This document shows, in pieces, positions 38,421 to 49,025 of a DNA stretch of 64,000 nt. This DNA is from a virus (Duplodnaviria > Caudoviricetes). Location of the stretch: IMG/VR virus record IMGVR_UViG_3300028591_000071. One strand, 5' to 3'. Under the pieces are notes generated by a model. It had not been told where the DNA came from. It searched no databases and saw nothing but the letters and a program-made list of their open reading frames with translations. Positions within the stretch are counted from its first letter, which is position 1, and every line of letters starts with the position of its first letter. A program made the position numbers and the translations under genes.

Positions 38421-38636
38421 ATGCCAAAAACACAACCATTATCAGCCGAAGGTGTTGTAACCGAGGCTCTTCCAAATGCCATGTTCAGGGTTGAGCTTGA
38501 CAACGGATACAACATACTTTGCGTTGCAAGTGGAAAAATGAGAAAGAACTATATTAAAATAATAGTCGGTGATAAGGTAAAGATAGAGATGACCCCTTAT
38601 GACCTGACGAGAGGACGAATAGTAACAAGATTATAA
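38421..38636 (+). CDS. infA: Translation initiation factor IF-1
   Basis: [20 protein letters not shown]...[27 protein letters not shown]. Confidence 0.95.
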   Translation: MPKTQPLSAEGVVTEALPNAMFRVELDNGYNILCVASGKMRKNYIKIIVGDKVKIEMTPYDLTRGRIVTRL

Positions 38637-38659
38637 ACCATTTTTAAACATTTTTAGTT

Positions 38660-39088
38660 ATGCTTAATTCATTGATTAGATTGCTTGACGATTCCAATCT
38701 TGATTATCTTGAGAATCGCCTCAGTGCGGGTATTGACCGCTTCAAGAAGGCTTTTGGCGCCGCTTTTACTTCACTTGAGGACAAGGAAGACCATTATGAA
38801 CTCGCTCTTGATGTCGCTGACGACGCAAAGGCAAGCAATGTCTCCGTTAATTATGATGACGAGACCCGTGAACTCTCTGTCGAGTATAAGTACGAGTCTG
38901 CCAATTATAAGAACACAGCCACTGTCATTGAGACTTTGCCTGTAGATGCGGATGAGGAGACTATTGGCGCAACCGTAGAAAACGGAAAGTTCACGCTTAC
39001 CGTTTGGAAAAAGGTTGTTGAGGATAATGAGCCTGAAGAGGAAGTTTCAGATGTGATTGTTCCAATCAACAGAAAGAACCGCAAGTAA
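38660..39088 (+). CDS. Hsp20/alpha-crystallin-like small heat shock protein
   Basis: LPVDAD...IGATVENGKFTLTV. Confidence 0.7.
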   Translation: MLNSLIRLLDDSNLDYLENRLSAGIDRFKKAFGAAFTSLEDKEDHYELALDVADDAKASNVSVNYDDETRELSVEYKYESANYKNTATVIETLPVDADEETIGATVENGKFTLTVWKKVVEDNEPEEEVSDVIVPINRKNRK

Positions 39089-39095
39089 AAAAAAC

Positions 39096-39123
39096 AAGGG
39101 AGGGCTTGATGCTCTCCCTTTTT
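39096..39123. terminator. Bidirectional terminator
   Basis: AAGGGAGGGC/GCTCTCCCTT stem between convergent genes. Confidence 0.65.
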
Positions 39124-39844
39124 ATTTCATATAGTTGTTTATGAATTCAAGCAAATCAGAATATCCGCTGTTGAATGCCATCCGTTCCCCAAATTCTTCG
39201 CAGAGGTCTTCTTCGTCAAAACCAAGCAGCCACCTGACGGCTTTCAGTTTTTTACCTTTGAATATTCCCGTTCCCCGCTGAGTGTCAAGCCTTCTCTGCT
39301 GCTTAATCCAATCAATGAGCCCGTGGCCACATTCATGCCAAAGACTTACCCTTATTTGGTCTATCACATCGTCGTAGGTTATGAAATCATCTTCATCTTC
39401 GAGCCATGACATTATAGCAGCCTTATTCACGGAAAATCTCATGCAGCCATCACGCCTGACGCTTCTGTTCTGATACACAGCCACGCAGTCAGCGTAATAT
39501 CCCGAAAAATCGTAACGCTTGTTGAACTTCGCCTTTATTCCGAATTGCGATAGATATTCGTTTATTAACTGGCATATTTGCGAGACTTCGTCATCGAAAT
39601 TCTGTTCAACCATATCGGAAACCTCAGATTCGGCAATCATCCTGACTGATTCATAGACCATTTTCCTGATGTCATCCTCACATAGGTCAATCTTGTGTTT
39701 TTCCTTTCTCGTGTAGGCTTTCTTGTTTCTCGTCTTGGTTGTCCTGAACACAGTCGGCTTACCGTGATGTTCGATGTCTTCCCGTCTTCTCTCAGCACCG
39801 TCACGCTTGATTATGTCTCTGTTTATGTCAGTCTTTTTCGGCAT
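39122..39844 (-). CDS. Tagged zincin-like protein
   Basis: DLCEDDIRKMVYESVRMIAE tag; LWHECGH. Confidence 0.7.
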   Translation of the reverse strand: MPKKTDINRDIIKRDGAERRREDIEHHGKPTVFRTTKTRNKKAYTRKEKHKIDLCEDDIRKMVYESVRMIAESEVSDMVEQNFDDEVSQICQLINEYLSQFGIKAKFNKRYDFSGYYADCVAVYQNRSVRRDGCMRFSVNKAAIMSWLEDEDDFITYDDVIDQIRVSLWHECGHGLIDWIKQQRRLDTQRGTGIFKGKKLKAVRWLLGFDEEDLCEEFGERMAFNSGYSDLLEFINNYMK

Positions 39845-40656
39845 TACTTAAGCGATTTGATATAGTTTATTATTCCGTCAACATGTGTCTTAATCACGGC
39901 TTCTCTTCCTGAGGCAGAAAGGATATACGACACATCGTCAGGGTTATCGTAGAAGAAATTTTCCGTAAGGACTGCCGGGCACAGAGACTTATAGATAACC
40001 GTGAAATTTGCCTCCCAATCCCTGTCTCCATCGGACATGTCTTTTCTTATAGCCCTTCCTTTGAAGTTTTTCTCCGCTTCGTCATAAAGTGCTTCAGCGA
40101 GTTTGTCGCTCTTCGTAGTACCCTTTGTCGTATACGCGCTCCACCCTTTAGCCTTCATCCATTCGCTTCCATTTCCTGCTGCGTTAGAGTGAATAGACAC
40201 CAAGATGCAGTTTGCTGCGCCAAGTTTTTTACAGAAGGCGTTCACCCTGTTTGCCCTTTCTGTAAGGGATATGTCACTTTCTTCCTTTACGAGGAGTTCG
40301 GCATCGTATCCACGGCGTACCAATTCGTCAACAATCGGCTTTGCAATCTCCCTGTTCCACTTATATTCGTAGAACTCTATTTCAGGTTTAACCTTCGCAG
40401 CACACCAAGGACTTCTTTTTCCCGGCGTGTTCGTTCCGTGCCCGTTGTCTATGAGAATCTTTATATTTGACTTCTTTCCTGTCAGCGTTATTGTTTCTTC
40501 CGTTGTGCCGCTCTCTTCTTTGGGCTCTTCTTCGTGTATCGGCTCTGTGACGGTAATCGTTTCACCGCTTTCAACGCTTGGCTCAGATACGATTGGCTCC
40601 TCTTTCTTAAAGAGCCCTTTTATAAAATCAATTAACGCTTTAAACAAATTCTTCAT
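39844..40656 (-). CDS. N-acetylmuramoyl-L-alanine amidase (Amidase_3; endolysin candidate)
   Basis: ILIDNGHG, YEYKWN, VSIHSNA, PAVLTENFF. Confidence 0.9.
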   Translation of the reverse strand: MKNLFKALIDFIKGLFKKEEPIVSEPSVESGETITVTEPIHEEEPKEESGTTEETITLTGKKSNIKILIDNGHGTNTPGKRSPWCAAKVKPEIEFYEYKWNREIAKPIVDELVRRGYDAELLVKEESDISLTERANRVNAFCKKLGAANCILVSIHSNAAGNGSEWMKAKGWSAYTTKGTTKSDKLAEALYDEAEKNFKGRAIRKDMSDGDRDWEANFTVIYKSLCPAVLTENFFYDNPDDVSYILSASGREAVIKTHVDGIINYIKSLK

Positions 40657-43249
40657 CTCCGTTCCTCCTTCTATCAACATCTATTATTGATTTGTAAATC
40701 TTGTTGAAATTTTCCCTCACCTGTACCTGTTCAGGATATATAATCGATTGAACTATTTGCCCAATTTCAGGTTTGTTCGGATATGTAATAAAAACCGGAT
40801 TTTTTGACCACGGCAGATAGCTAAATCTTATTTCTTTTCCATTTCTCGTTGTCGTAAATTGAATTCCACCGTCATACGATTTTGACAAATCAATTCCATC
40901 CAGCAATATTCCATTCTGATTCGGAAGAAGGCTCGTATCTATACCGTTTGTCTCAATATAGAAAAAACGATTATTGTCAATCACAGGAATATAAGCGTTG
41001 GCCGATATCCTACCACCTTGGATAATGTTCAATTTCTTTTTCAGAACGATATTCTTGTTTCCCATGATATATCCACCGGTAAGGTCTTGGTCCCAAATTA
41101 CCCAAACTACGATGTTGGTGTCTGCTACGATTCCGTAAAAAACAGGCGTTTTTCTTCCACTAACCCCATTCAGAACACAAGTTCCATTGAAATAGTCGTA
41201 CAAAGAAACATTATCTTTATCTTTTCCGAGATAAACGAGGCCGAGTTTTTCAAGTTGAGGAACCGTTCCATATACGCCAAATTCTCCTTCAATCGCAAAC
41301 CTACCCGCTTCTATGTCAAATACATTTACATGGTCATTTTTGTCGGTAACAACGACATATCCATCATGTATATTTTGGTATGCCATCTTTTTGAACGGAC
41401 CGAATATTCTTGGGCCATCCTGTCTGTCAAATGAGAATATGTAAAAGTCTTTGCCCTCCGTTCTGCATGCCCAATAAAATCCCCTTGAAGTCATTGGTCT
41501 GCTGTAATCATCCACCGTATCACCGACCCATTTCCTATTGTCAATATCAAAGAAGCGGAAACCCGTAGAGTCTTCACATATTGCGAGGTCGCATGCCGTG
41601 GTCGAATACCATTCTATATCTTTGAATGGATGTTCAAAAACAAATTTCTTTTCTTCAACGGAGTAGATATTCTTTCCCGGCTTTCCTTCAACGATAAAGA
41701 AATGGTCGTTGATTTTTTCGGCTATGTGGTAGTTGGCTTCGGATTCTGATTCAAGTTCATACTCAAAATATTGTCCTTTCGCACATAGTTTCCCTCCCTT
41801 CATGAACGGGGTAAAATAAGACTTTTCTGGCTTGTCATTATGGATGAAGAAATCATATCCTTCGCTATCCATATAAAGAAGCCCGCGATTTCCGTTCACA
41901 TATATCAATTCAACAAATGAGCCAGGATATGTGTTAAGTCCTGGGTTCGTTCCTTTATATTGGCGGATAAACGCCTCGATTGCTTCTGACGGTTCTACGC
42001 TTTCTATTGAAAAATCTGAATCCGCGTCTTCAAGTTCCTTTATCTTATACGGCCCATAGCCGCCATTTGCAGGGACAGCAAACACTTTACCCCCTCCCGT
42101 TGCTATAATATCAACTTCCCTTGAACATCTTATGGACAAATCGTCTTCTTCTTCCCAATCAAAATAGGTTCCGCCCCATCGTCCGTCAGATTCTTCTCCG
42201 TAAACGAGAACCGGATATTCGTGATAATCTTTCAATATCGCTATCGGTTCGTCCGTGTTTGGATATGACTTTATGAGGAAGTCTTCGGGATTATATGGCG
42301 TATTCGGGAAAACGGAATCCGAATAGTCTTCGTTATCATAAAGAAACCAATTAACGCCGTCAATGTCGCAGTCATCATTTTCCTCAGGCATGAGGTCGAG
42401 ATATCTTCCGTTATAATCGAGAACTCCGATTGCAGCGTTAATCCTCTCTTCTTCGTATTCTATTCTTCTGCGTTCAGCGTCATTTTCCGGTCCGTTTTCT
42501 ATTATTTCTCCGTATCTTTCATCCTGACTTCTGTAGAAATCAACAACGCCCTCAGGAAAATCCATCTCAGAAATATTTACCCTGTGGTCGTACTTATCCA
42601 TGAACTCGCCTGCCCAATTTTCCCATTCAAACAAGAATTGATATCTTTTGTATGGGTATTCCTTGTTATCTTCAGGACATATTTCACTTCCCCGCCTGTC
42701 AAAATTAACCCAAAGAGGACCCTTTGATGAATATCTGTTATAGTAATGCTGCCCATCTCCGAAAGCGCCAGCCGTACACCATTTGCACCCCTTTCCGAGT
42801 TTCTTTGCCGCCGGATATGAATGCGGGACGGCAATAGTCCATTCGGGTGTATCATAAACGACGTCAAAGTCATTCTCTTCTTCGCTACCATCTTCCTTGT
42901 CAAGAACGGGGTCCACATCAGGAAGCATCTCAATCGCTTGTGCAACGCTTTTCATCGCATTAAGGTCAAGTCCTTGGCCGGCTCTCTCCTTGAAGAGTTT
43001 GAAAACCCTCTTCATCGTCTTATCTTTTATCGCTGAAAGTATAACGTTTCTTTCGCTCTCCCAATGTATAAGAACCCAATTCGTGAAGTTTTTCTTCTTG
43101 GTCGGGTCTATCTCCAAAAGGTAGTTAAGAACTTCCTGCGGAACACCCTTTCCCTGTACGAACTTATATTCCATAGTCCGCTTTATCTCCTCGGGTGACT
43201 TCGCTTCGGCTATCAATCTATCGTAATATTCTTCAAGTCCTAAAATCAT
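40640..43249 (-). CDS. Large putative late protein with WCT (PcfJ-like) domain and beta-repeat C-terminus
   Basis: AAKKLGKGCKWCTA, KRYQF; start MILGLEE after TATTTAT. Confidence 0.75.
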   Translation of the reverse strand: MILGLEEYYDRLIAEAKSPEEIKRTMEYKFVQGKGVPQEVLNYLLEIDPTKKKNFTNWVLIHWESERNVILSAIKDKTMKRVFKLFKERAGQGLDLNAMKSVAQAIEMLPDVDPVLDKEDGSEEENDFDVVYDTPEWTIAVPHSYPAAKKLGKGCKWCTAGAFGDGQHYYNRYSSKGPLWVNFDRRGSEICPEDNKEYPYKRYQFLFEWENWAGEFMDKYDHRVNISEMDFPEGVVDFYRSQDERYGEIIENGPENDAERRRIEYEEERINAAIGVLDYNGRYLDLMPEENDDCDIDGVNWFLYDNEDYSDSVFPNTPYNPEDFLIKSYPNTDEPIAILKDYHEYPVLVYGEESDGRWGGTYFDWEEEDDLSIRCSREVDIIATGGGKVFAVPANGGYGPYKIKELEDADSDFSIESVEPSEAIEAFIRQYKGTNPGLNTYPGSFVELIYVNGNRGLLYMDSEGYDFFIHNDKPEKSYFTPFMKGGKLCAKGQYFEYELESESEANYHIAEKINDHFFIVEGKPGKNIYSVEEKKFVFEHPFKDIEWYSTTACDLAICEDSTGFRFFDIDNRKWVGDTVDDYSRPMTSRGFYWACRTEGKDFYIFSFDRQDGPRIFGPFKKMAYQNIHDGYVVVTDKNDHVNVFDIEAGRFAIEGEFGVYGTVPQLEKLGLVYLGKDKDNVSLYDYFNGTCVLNGVSGRKTPVFYGIVADTNIVVWVIWDQDLTGGYIMGNKNIVLKKKLNIIQGGRISANAYIPVIDNNRFFYIETNGIDTSLLPNQNGILLDGIDLSKSYDGGIQFTTTRNGKEIRFSYLPWSKNPVFITYPNKPEIGQIVQSIIYPEQVQVRENFNKIYKSIIDVDRRRNGDEEFV

Positions 43250-43325
43250 ACTATACAATATCTCTAAGATAAATAGTTTATGCCTTCCATTTGTGCTATT
43301 CAAATTATTTTTGTATATTTGAGAC

Positions 43326-43931
43326 ATGGAAAACATGGTAGCAAAAATCATTCAGAAAATGAAGAAAGACGGAAAGACCCGTTTTTGGTCTCCTATGTTC
43401 GGCACTACTGAAGTTACGGAAGTGACTGATACTATGATAGAGATTCATGCCGAATACAATCATCTTAATGGCATCACACTTAACGGCGATGGAAAAATGG
43501 ACGATGGCGGAGAGGTGCTTATATTCCCCGAGAAGGGCGTCAATTGGGACGAATCAATGCTGTACGACGACGGAGAAATAAAGCCGCTCGGATATTACAT
43601 CACTGATGAAATCAAGGTAAGGGTAATCAAAGATGCTGTTGATAACCTTGATTTCGAACTAATTCATCGGGTAATGGACCTCCTTAATTGGACATGGTGG
43701 ACGCCCGAAGGCGGCGCAGTTCCGTCCGTCTATGAATTGAAGAAAACGGTGAGCAGTTATCTTGGCGATATTCTTTCCAGAAAGGAATGCGATAATTATC
43801 ACATCGCGACAGGCGGGTTTGAGTATTCATTCAGAGTTTATGAGCCAAATGAAGGCGAGGCGGATACCTTTGACAACTGCGTTAATGTCAGTGTAAAATT
43901 TGTCTTAGATGACTTTGATTCTTTGATTTAG
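43326..43931 (+). CDS. Hypothetical protein
   Basis: 201-aa ORF after TATATTTG. Confidence 0.75.
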   Translation: MENMVAKIIQKMKKDGKTRFWSPMFGTTEVTEVTDTMIEIHAEYNHLNGITLNGDGKMDDGGEVLIFPEKGVNWDESMLYDDGEIKPLGYYITDEIKVRVIKDAVDNLDFELIHRVMDLLNWTWWTPEGGAVPSVYELKKTVSSYLGDILSRKECDNYHIATGGFEYSFRVYEPNEGEADTFDNCVNVSVKFVLDDFDSLI

Positions 43932-44009
43932 GCGTTGGAAAATTCCAACGCTTTTTTTATGAAATCATAAATTGATGCAACGAACTATTTATAAGAAAAC
44001 TTATAAGTT

Positions 44010-44492
44010 ATGAAGTGTATTGATAAAATTAAAGAACTCTGGGCAAAGATTGTTGCTTGGGTAAAGGGTGCATCATCAAAGGTTGACGACTTCATCGTCA
44101 AGTACGCACCTATCGCTGTTACGGTCGTTAACAGCATCAAGGATTTCAATGAGTCTGCAACCGCAGATGTAGTTGAGATGATTTTGTCAAATGTCAAGGA
44201 TAAGTACGGCAACAAGCTTGTTCCTATCATAAGAACATGGTTGGAGGTTACCCTTCCAAAGGTTATCGATGCTCTTAACCTTGCGAATGAAGTTGCAGAA
44301 GGCGCAACGCTCGCAGAGAAGATTCTCGCGGCACAGAAGGCAATTGCTCTTCTTCCGGAGAGCCTCAATGCTACCACATGGACAACGCTTTCAACCCTTC
44401 TTGCAAACGCACTTGCTGATGACAACAAGCTCTCACTTTCTGAGGCATTCGCAATCATCGGTTATGTTTACGAGAACAATCTCAACAAGTAA
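44010..44492 (+). CDS. Hypothetical alpha-helical late protein
   Basis: 160-aa ORF after TATTTAT, followed by a terminator hairpin. Confidence 0.75.
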   Translation: MKCIDKIKELWAKIVAWVKGASSKVDDFIVKYAPIAVTVVNSIKDFNESATADVVEMILSNVKDKYGNKLVPIIRTWLEVTLPKVIDALNLANEVAEGATLAEKILAAQKAIALLPESLNATTWTTLSTLLANALADDNKLSLSEAFAIIGYVYENNLNK

Positions 44493-44550
44493 TTCTTTGA
44501 GGGATAAAAAAAGAAATCCACTCCAATTGGGGTGGATTTTTTTTGTTTAT

Positions 44551-45883
44551 GATTTGCGAACGGGAAAACCCACTACTTTAGTGGTGGGATGAAAGCGAAC
44601 TCACCTTCTTTTTTGCAAATATACATTTTTTTTACAAAAAATCAAAACTTTTTGTAAAAACAAACTATTTATATGTAGAATGAAGGAAATTTACAAATCA
44701 TACAGATTCAGAATCTACCCGAACAAGGAACAACAAGCCGTCCTTGCCCGGTATTTTGGCTCTGTGCGTTTTGTGTATAACTATTTCCTTGCTGAACGGA
44801 AACGACAATACGAAGAAAGAAATTATTCTGATAATTACTATGCACAGGCGAAGGCGTTGACGGAACTCAAGCATTCTGAAGAATTCTCGTGGCTATCCGA
44901 AATCAATTCCCAAACCCTACAGCACGCACTTCGTCATCTTGAAACGGCATATGTCAATTTCTTCCGTGGAAATGCAAAGTTTCCCTCATTTAAATCAAAG
45001 AAAGCCAAGAATAGTTTTACTGTTCCACAGCATTGTACAATATCAGGCAACAAAATCTATATTCCTAAGTTCAAAGAAGGCATTAAGGTAAGGGAGCACC
45101 GCAAGGTTAAGGGTACTGTAAAGAGTATGACAATTTCTTTGACACCGGCTGGTAAATACTATGTTTCCATCCTATCAAAAGAAAATTGTGAAACTATAGG
45201 CAAAACCGGTAAGGCGGTAGGTGTTGACTTGGGCTTGAAGGATTTCGTTATTACCTCCGATGGAAAGAAGTATAAGAATCATCGTTACATAAAACAATAT
45301 GAAAAAAAATTAGCGGCAGCGCAAAAGCATCTTTCTCGTAAACAACACGGTAGCAATTCCTATGAAAAACAAAGAAGAAAAGTTGCCAAGATATACGAGA
45401 AAATAACCAACTGTCGTATGGATAATCAACAGAAAGTTTCTCTTGATTTAATCAGAAACTATGATGTTATCTGTTTAGAAGACTTAAACATCAAGGGGAT
45501 GGTTAAAAACCGTCACATGGCAAAAGCAATCAATGACGCCTCCTGGGGACAATTTGTTTCAATGCTCTCCTATAAGGCAGAATTAAATGATAAACAGGTT
45601 GTCAAAATAGATAGATGGTATCCTTCAAGCAAAACCTGCCACAATTGCGGGTGGGTTAATGAAGGTTTAAAACTATCCGACAGGCAATGGGTTTGCCCTC
45701 ATTGTGGCGAGGTGATAGACAGAGATGTTAATGCTGCTAAAAATATCCTCTCAGAAGGATTAAGAAATATATCGGTGGGGCACACCGATTACACTGATGG
45801 AGACAGAGTAAGACTTAGTAATAAGCATCAGTCCGTGAAGTCAGGAAGAAGCCCACGATTTTAATCGTGGGGGTCTATGTCAC
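44551..45883 (+). mobile_element. IS200/IS605-family solo-TnpB element (IS1341-like)
   Basis: Subterminal hairpins at 44569-44588 and 45852-45871, right end TCAC; no TnpA; left boundary approximate. Confidence 0.75.
44680..45864 (+). CDS. tnpB: TnpB RNA-guided endonuclease
   Basis: YRFRIYP HTH, VGVDLG, ICLEDL, CHNC..CPHC, DRDVNAA; catalytic D-E-D intact. Confidence 0.95.
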   Translation: MKEIYKSYRFRIYPNKEQQAVLARYFGSVRFVYNYFLAERKRQYEERNYSDNYYAQAKALTELKHSEEFSWLSEINSQTLQHALRHLETAYVNFFRGNAKFPSFKSKKAKNSFTVPQHCTISGNKIYIPKFKEGIKVREHRKVKGTVKSMTISLTPAGKYYVSILSKENCETIGKTGKAVGVDLGLKDFVITSDGKKYKNHRYIKQYEKKLAAAQKHLSRKQHGSNSYEKQRRKVAKIYEKITNCRMDNQQKVSLDLIRNYDVICLEDLNIKGMVKNRHMAKAINDASWGQFVSMLSYKAELNDKQVVKIDRWYPSSKTCHNCGWVNEGLKLSDRQWVCPHCGEVIDRDVNAAKNILSEGLRNISVGHTDYTDGDRVRLSNKHQSVKSGRSPRF

Positions 45884-45893
45884 AATGAGTTTT

Positions 45894-47651
45894 TCATTGT
45901 CCCAATAACTTTTTTACGCACTCATTTATCATTTCTTCAATATCTTCTTGGTTGAACAATGATGGCTCTTTTAATGCCCTCTTTGTGTTTGACACTTTAG
46001 CCGCGATTGAAGTTTTCTTTGACATAAAATCATATGACGGAACAAGTTCTGACAATTTTTTTATAGCATCATGTGTGTCAGTAACATTGGTTATAGTGAC
46101 CGGTTTTCCGTTAATTCTAAATGTTAAAGAAGGAATAACAATGTCTGATGGTTTTCTTCCCCTCTTTTTAGGCTCTCCATTTACTTTATCCAATTTTTTG
46201 AGTTTCGATGCGGCTGCGTTACCTCTTTGATATTGTGTAACAATACCCTTTCGCCTGTCTTTCATCCTCTCATATGCCGCATGGTTTCTTGCTTTCTTGT
46301 CTTTGTCCGCAGTCTTTATATCTTCATCATGCGGCCATATCATTTTCATTATATTCGCCGCCGCCACAAACAATTTCTTATAATTGTCAAGGTTAAACCT
46401 TTCTTCAATTATCTTGAAGATTGAATGTATCATTGATTTCGATATGCCCTTAAGAAAATCAAACTTTGGATTGCTGCTAAAACAATATTTTGCTATTTCC
46501 GAATTAGTCAAAGATTCGTATGTAGAAAATATCATATCGGTTATCTTCTTGTTCAAACTCGGTTCCCTTATCGGGCCGGTCAATTCTTTAATGACACTAA
46601 GAACATTTTCTGCTGAGAATAATGAATTGAATCTGAAAAGACCGGTATGCATGTTAGATTCGTTAACGGGCACTAGATTGCCATATTTTTCCATGAAAAG
46701 AACAATCCAAACAAAGACGGCGAGATTTTTGAGTTTTGCACTCTCAATCAACTTCGGCATTCTTTTTTTCTTTGCCTGCATCGTGTCTAATTTATCTGTT
46801 ATTTCCGGTCTCCATGTAAGCGGAGATATGCCAACTTTTTCTCCCGCGCTTTTAATTCTCTCAAAATCAGGCCTGTTATATGATTTAAAATCCCCATAGA
46901 CATGAATCTTCCCTTCAACGGGGGTTCCTTTTGCTAAATCCAAAATTTCTTTAGCGTCAACTATAGAATCTTTGGACGATGCCAATATATCTATCCTCGT
47001 AATATAATTGAGTATTCCGTCAAAATCGTATGTGTAGCCAAACAATCTATCTTCGGCTTGTTTAATCATTGACATTTTTGTTGCGTCACCGTTCGCCCAT
47101 TTGCCCGAGGTAGTTTGAAGGTTGTGTTTATGGACCTTTCCGTTCTCATCAGTATATGGCCCGAAAAAATCTATTGGCTTTATAACGCGGCCGGCGGACA
47201 ATGCCCTTCCATCAAATGTTATTCTTGCAGAGCCAACACTGTTTGGTAATGTTGGGGATACATTTATCTGTTTTCCTCCCTTTCCGTATGAGGCATTAGG
47301 GTCTATTGCCTTTGTATAGCCCCAGTTTGCGTTTGGACTTCTTGTAAGACTTAGATAATGAGTGTAATTACCTTCTCGTCCCAATATTTGTTTATCAACT
47401 TTTCCAGGATGGCTTAGTGAGAAATATCCGCCATTCTTTCCGTTGTTCTGGAGCATTGACTTTATTGAGTTTATGCTTGTAAAATGGTATAGAATTTCAG
47501 AGCCGCCCCTTTCATTTATTTTGTTTTCGTTTAGTGCGGATTGATGGTCGAATTTACTCCTGTCATGGCATAGCGTTCCCATATTCCTTTCAAGGAGCAA
47601 GGAAACACATTCTGTAACCATCTTGCGTATATCTGATTCTAAAAATACCAT
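45894..47651 (-). CDS. Tagged protein with possible ADP-ribosyltransferase-like N-terminal domain
   Basis: Tag at both ends; LYHFT...LSLTRS...AEDR; the ART assignment is inference. Confidence 0.65.
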   Translation of the reverse strand: MVFLESDIRKMVTECVSLLLERNMGTLCHDRSKFDHQSALNENKINERGGSEILYHFTSINSIKSMLQNNGKNGGYFSLSHPGKVDKQILGREGNYTHYLSLTRSPNANWGYTKAIDPNASYGKGGKQINVSPTLPNSVGSARITFDGRALSAGRVIKPIDFFGPYTDENGKVHKHNLQTTSGKWANGDATKMSMIKQAEDRLFGYTYDFDGILNYITRIDILASSKDSIVDAKEILDLAKGTPVEGKIHVYGDFKSYNRPDFERIKSAGEKVGISPLTWRPEITDKLDTMQAKKKRMPKLIESAKLKNLAVFVWIVLFMEKYGNLVPVNESNMHTGLFRFNSLFSAENVLSVIKELTGPIREPSLNKKITDMIFSTYESLTNSEIAKYCFSSNPKFDFLKGISKSMIHSIFKIIEERFNLDNYKKLFVAAANIMKMIWPHDEDIKTADKDKKARNHAAYERMKDRRKGIVTQYQRGNAAASKLKKLDKVNGEPKKRGRKPSDIVIPSLTFRINGKPVTITNVTDTHDAIKKLSELVPSYDFMSKKTSIAAKVSNTKRALKEPSLFNQEDIEEMINECVKKLLGQ

Positions 47652-47752
47652 ATTACTAATAGATAAATAGTCCGTTACAGGTCATTTGTTATGCATTTTA
47701 ATAATTTAACAAAAACCGAATAAAATAGTATTTATTATTAAAGACAATTATT

Positions 47753-48610
47753 GTGAAATTTACCGAAACAGACATAATGGAAATGACCCGCAGGGCTGTA
47801 GAACGGATTCTTTCTGAAAATGTTCAGAACGAATTGGAATCGTGGCATGGCTCTGCTGCTGATTTCGATAAATTTGACTTAAGTTTCATTGGGACGGGTG
47901 AAGGAACGCAGGCCTATGGATACGGAGTATATGTAACGGGTGTTGAAGATACGGGAAGGATGTACGCCGTGGTAGCGACATATAACGGAAATGTAAAAAC
48001 AAACAAAAGTGCTGAGTCACTTAAGCAATACAAGAGATTCGTTTCGGCCCTGAAAAGCGTGCTCAAAGAAATAAGGAAAAACATTGGCAACAACCCATCA
48101 GAATTTATACCATTTGCTGTTAATAAGATATCAAAGGTGAAGGGTGTTACTCCTGAGATGATTGATATGGTCAGGTCTGCAGATTCAATTTGGAAAATGA
48201 GGCAGTTGTTCGTCAGGTTTCAAACCATGGCAACAAGGTCTTTCTCAAGATTCCTATACAGACTTGAGATACCTGATGAAGGATATATTGATTGGAACAG
48301 CACGGATACAAACCTGATAAGTAGAATATATGAGGAATTCAAGAAAAATTTCGATGTAAGGCATGTCAATCTCAAAAAGGTACAAACATTCGGAGACCTG
48401 TATTCACAATTAAGAGGGTGGTCAAAATTGAGACATGAGGCAAAGAAAACAGTTATACCACAGAAACAAATTAGTTTGTTCTTATCAAAACTTGGATATA
48501 CAGGGATAAGGGTTCCAATCGGGAACATGCACGGAGGAGACAATATTGGAAATAATTATGTGATATTCGATGCCAATGACATAAAGATAGAAAATAAGGA
48601 GAGGTTTTAA
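47753..48610 (+). CDS. Tagged ART-PolyVal-like ADP-ribosyltransferase
   Basis: WHGS..DFDKFD...IGTGEG.QAYG.GVY; LGYTGI, NYVIFD. Confidence 0.75.
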   Translation: MKFTETDIMEMTRRAVERILSENVQNELESWHGSAADFDKFDLSFIGTGEGTQAYGYGVYVTGVEDTGRMYAVVATYNGNVKTNKSAESLKQYKRFVSALKSVLKEIRKNIGNNPSEFIPFAVNKISKVKGVTPEMIDMVRSADSIWKMRQLFVRFQTMATRSFSRFLYRLEIPDEGYIDWNSTDTNLISRIYEEFKKNFDVRHVNLKKVQTFGDLYSQLRGWSKLRHEAKKTVIPQKQISLFLSKLGYTGIRVPIGNMHGGDNIGNNYVIFDANDIKIENKERF

Positions 48611-48695
48611 GCCTCTCTTTTTCATTTTGCATTTTCCGTAAAATCCGCCGAAACACACTATTTATTTTTGAAAGGAAGAAACAAATCCAACATTT

Positions 48696-49025
48696 ATGGC
48701 AAAAGAGAAGAAGGATGTTAATATCGCGAGAGAGTGGGCGAAATTAGGCATAGGCGTGTTCTTTGCCATCGCCGGCGTAGGTCTCATAGCATGGAGCATG
48801 CTCATACCTCCTGCGGGGGTGATACATGCCACCGTACTCGGAGCATTCGGAACGCTTCTCACATGGGCGGGAGCGATGTTCGGAATGGATTCCAATACGA
48901 AGATAAAAATGCACGAACAGGACATCGACTTCGAGATAAAGAAAATGGAACTCGACGAACGCATGCGGCAGTTCGATGCCCGTCTCTATGCCGAAACGAG
49001 GAAAGAAGAAAAGAAGGAAGAATAA
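48696..49025 (+). CDS. Two-TM membrane protein (holin-like)
   Basis: Two hydrophobic segments and a charged C-terminus; upstream TATTTAT. Confidence 0.6.
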   Translation: MAKEKKDVNIAREWAKLGIGVFFAIAGVGLIAWSMLIPPAGVIHATVLGAFGTLLTWAGAMFGMDSNTKIKMHEQDIDFEIKKMELDERMRQFDARLYAETRKEEKKEE

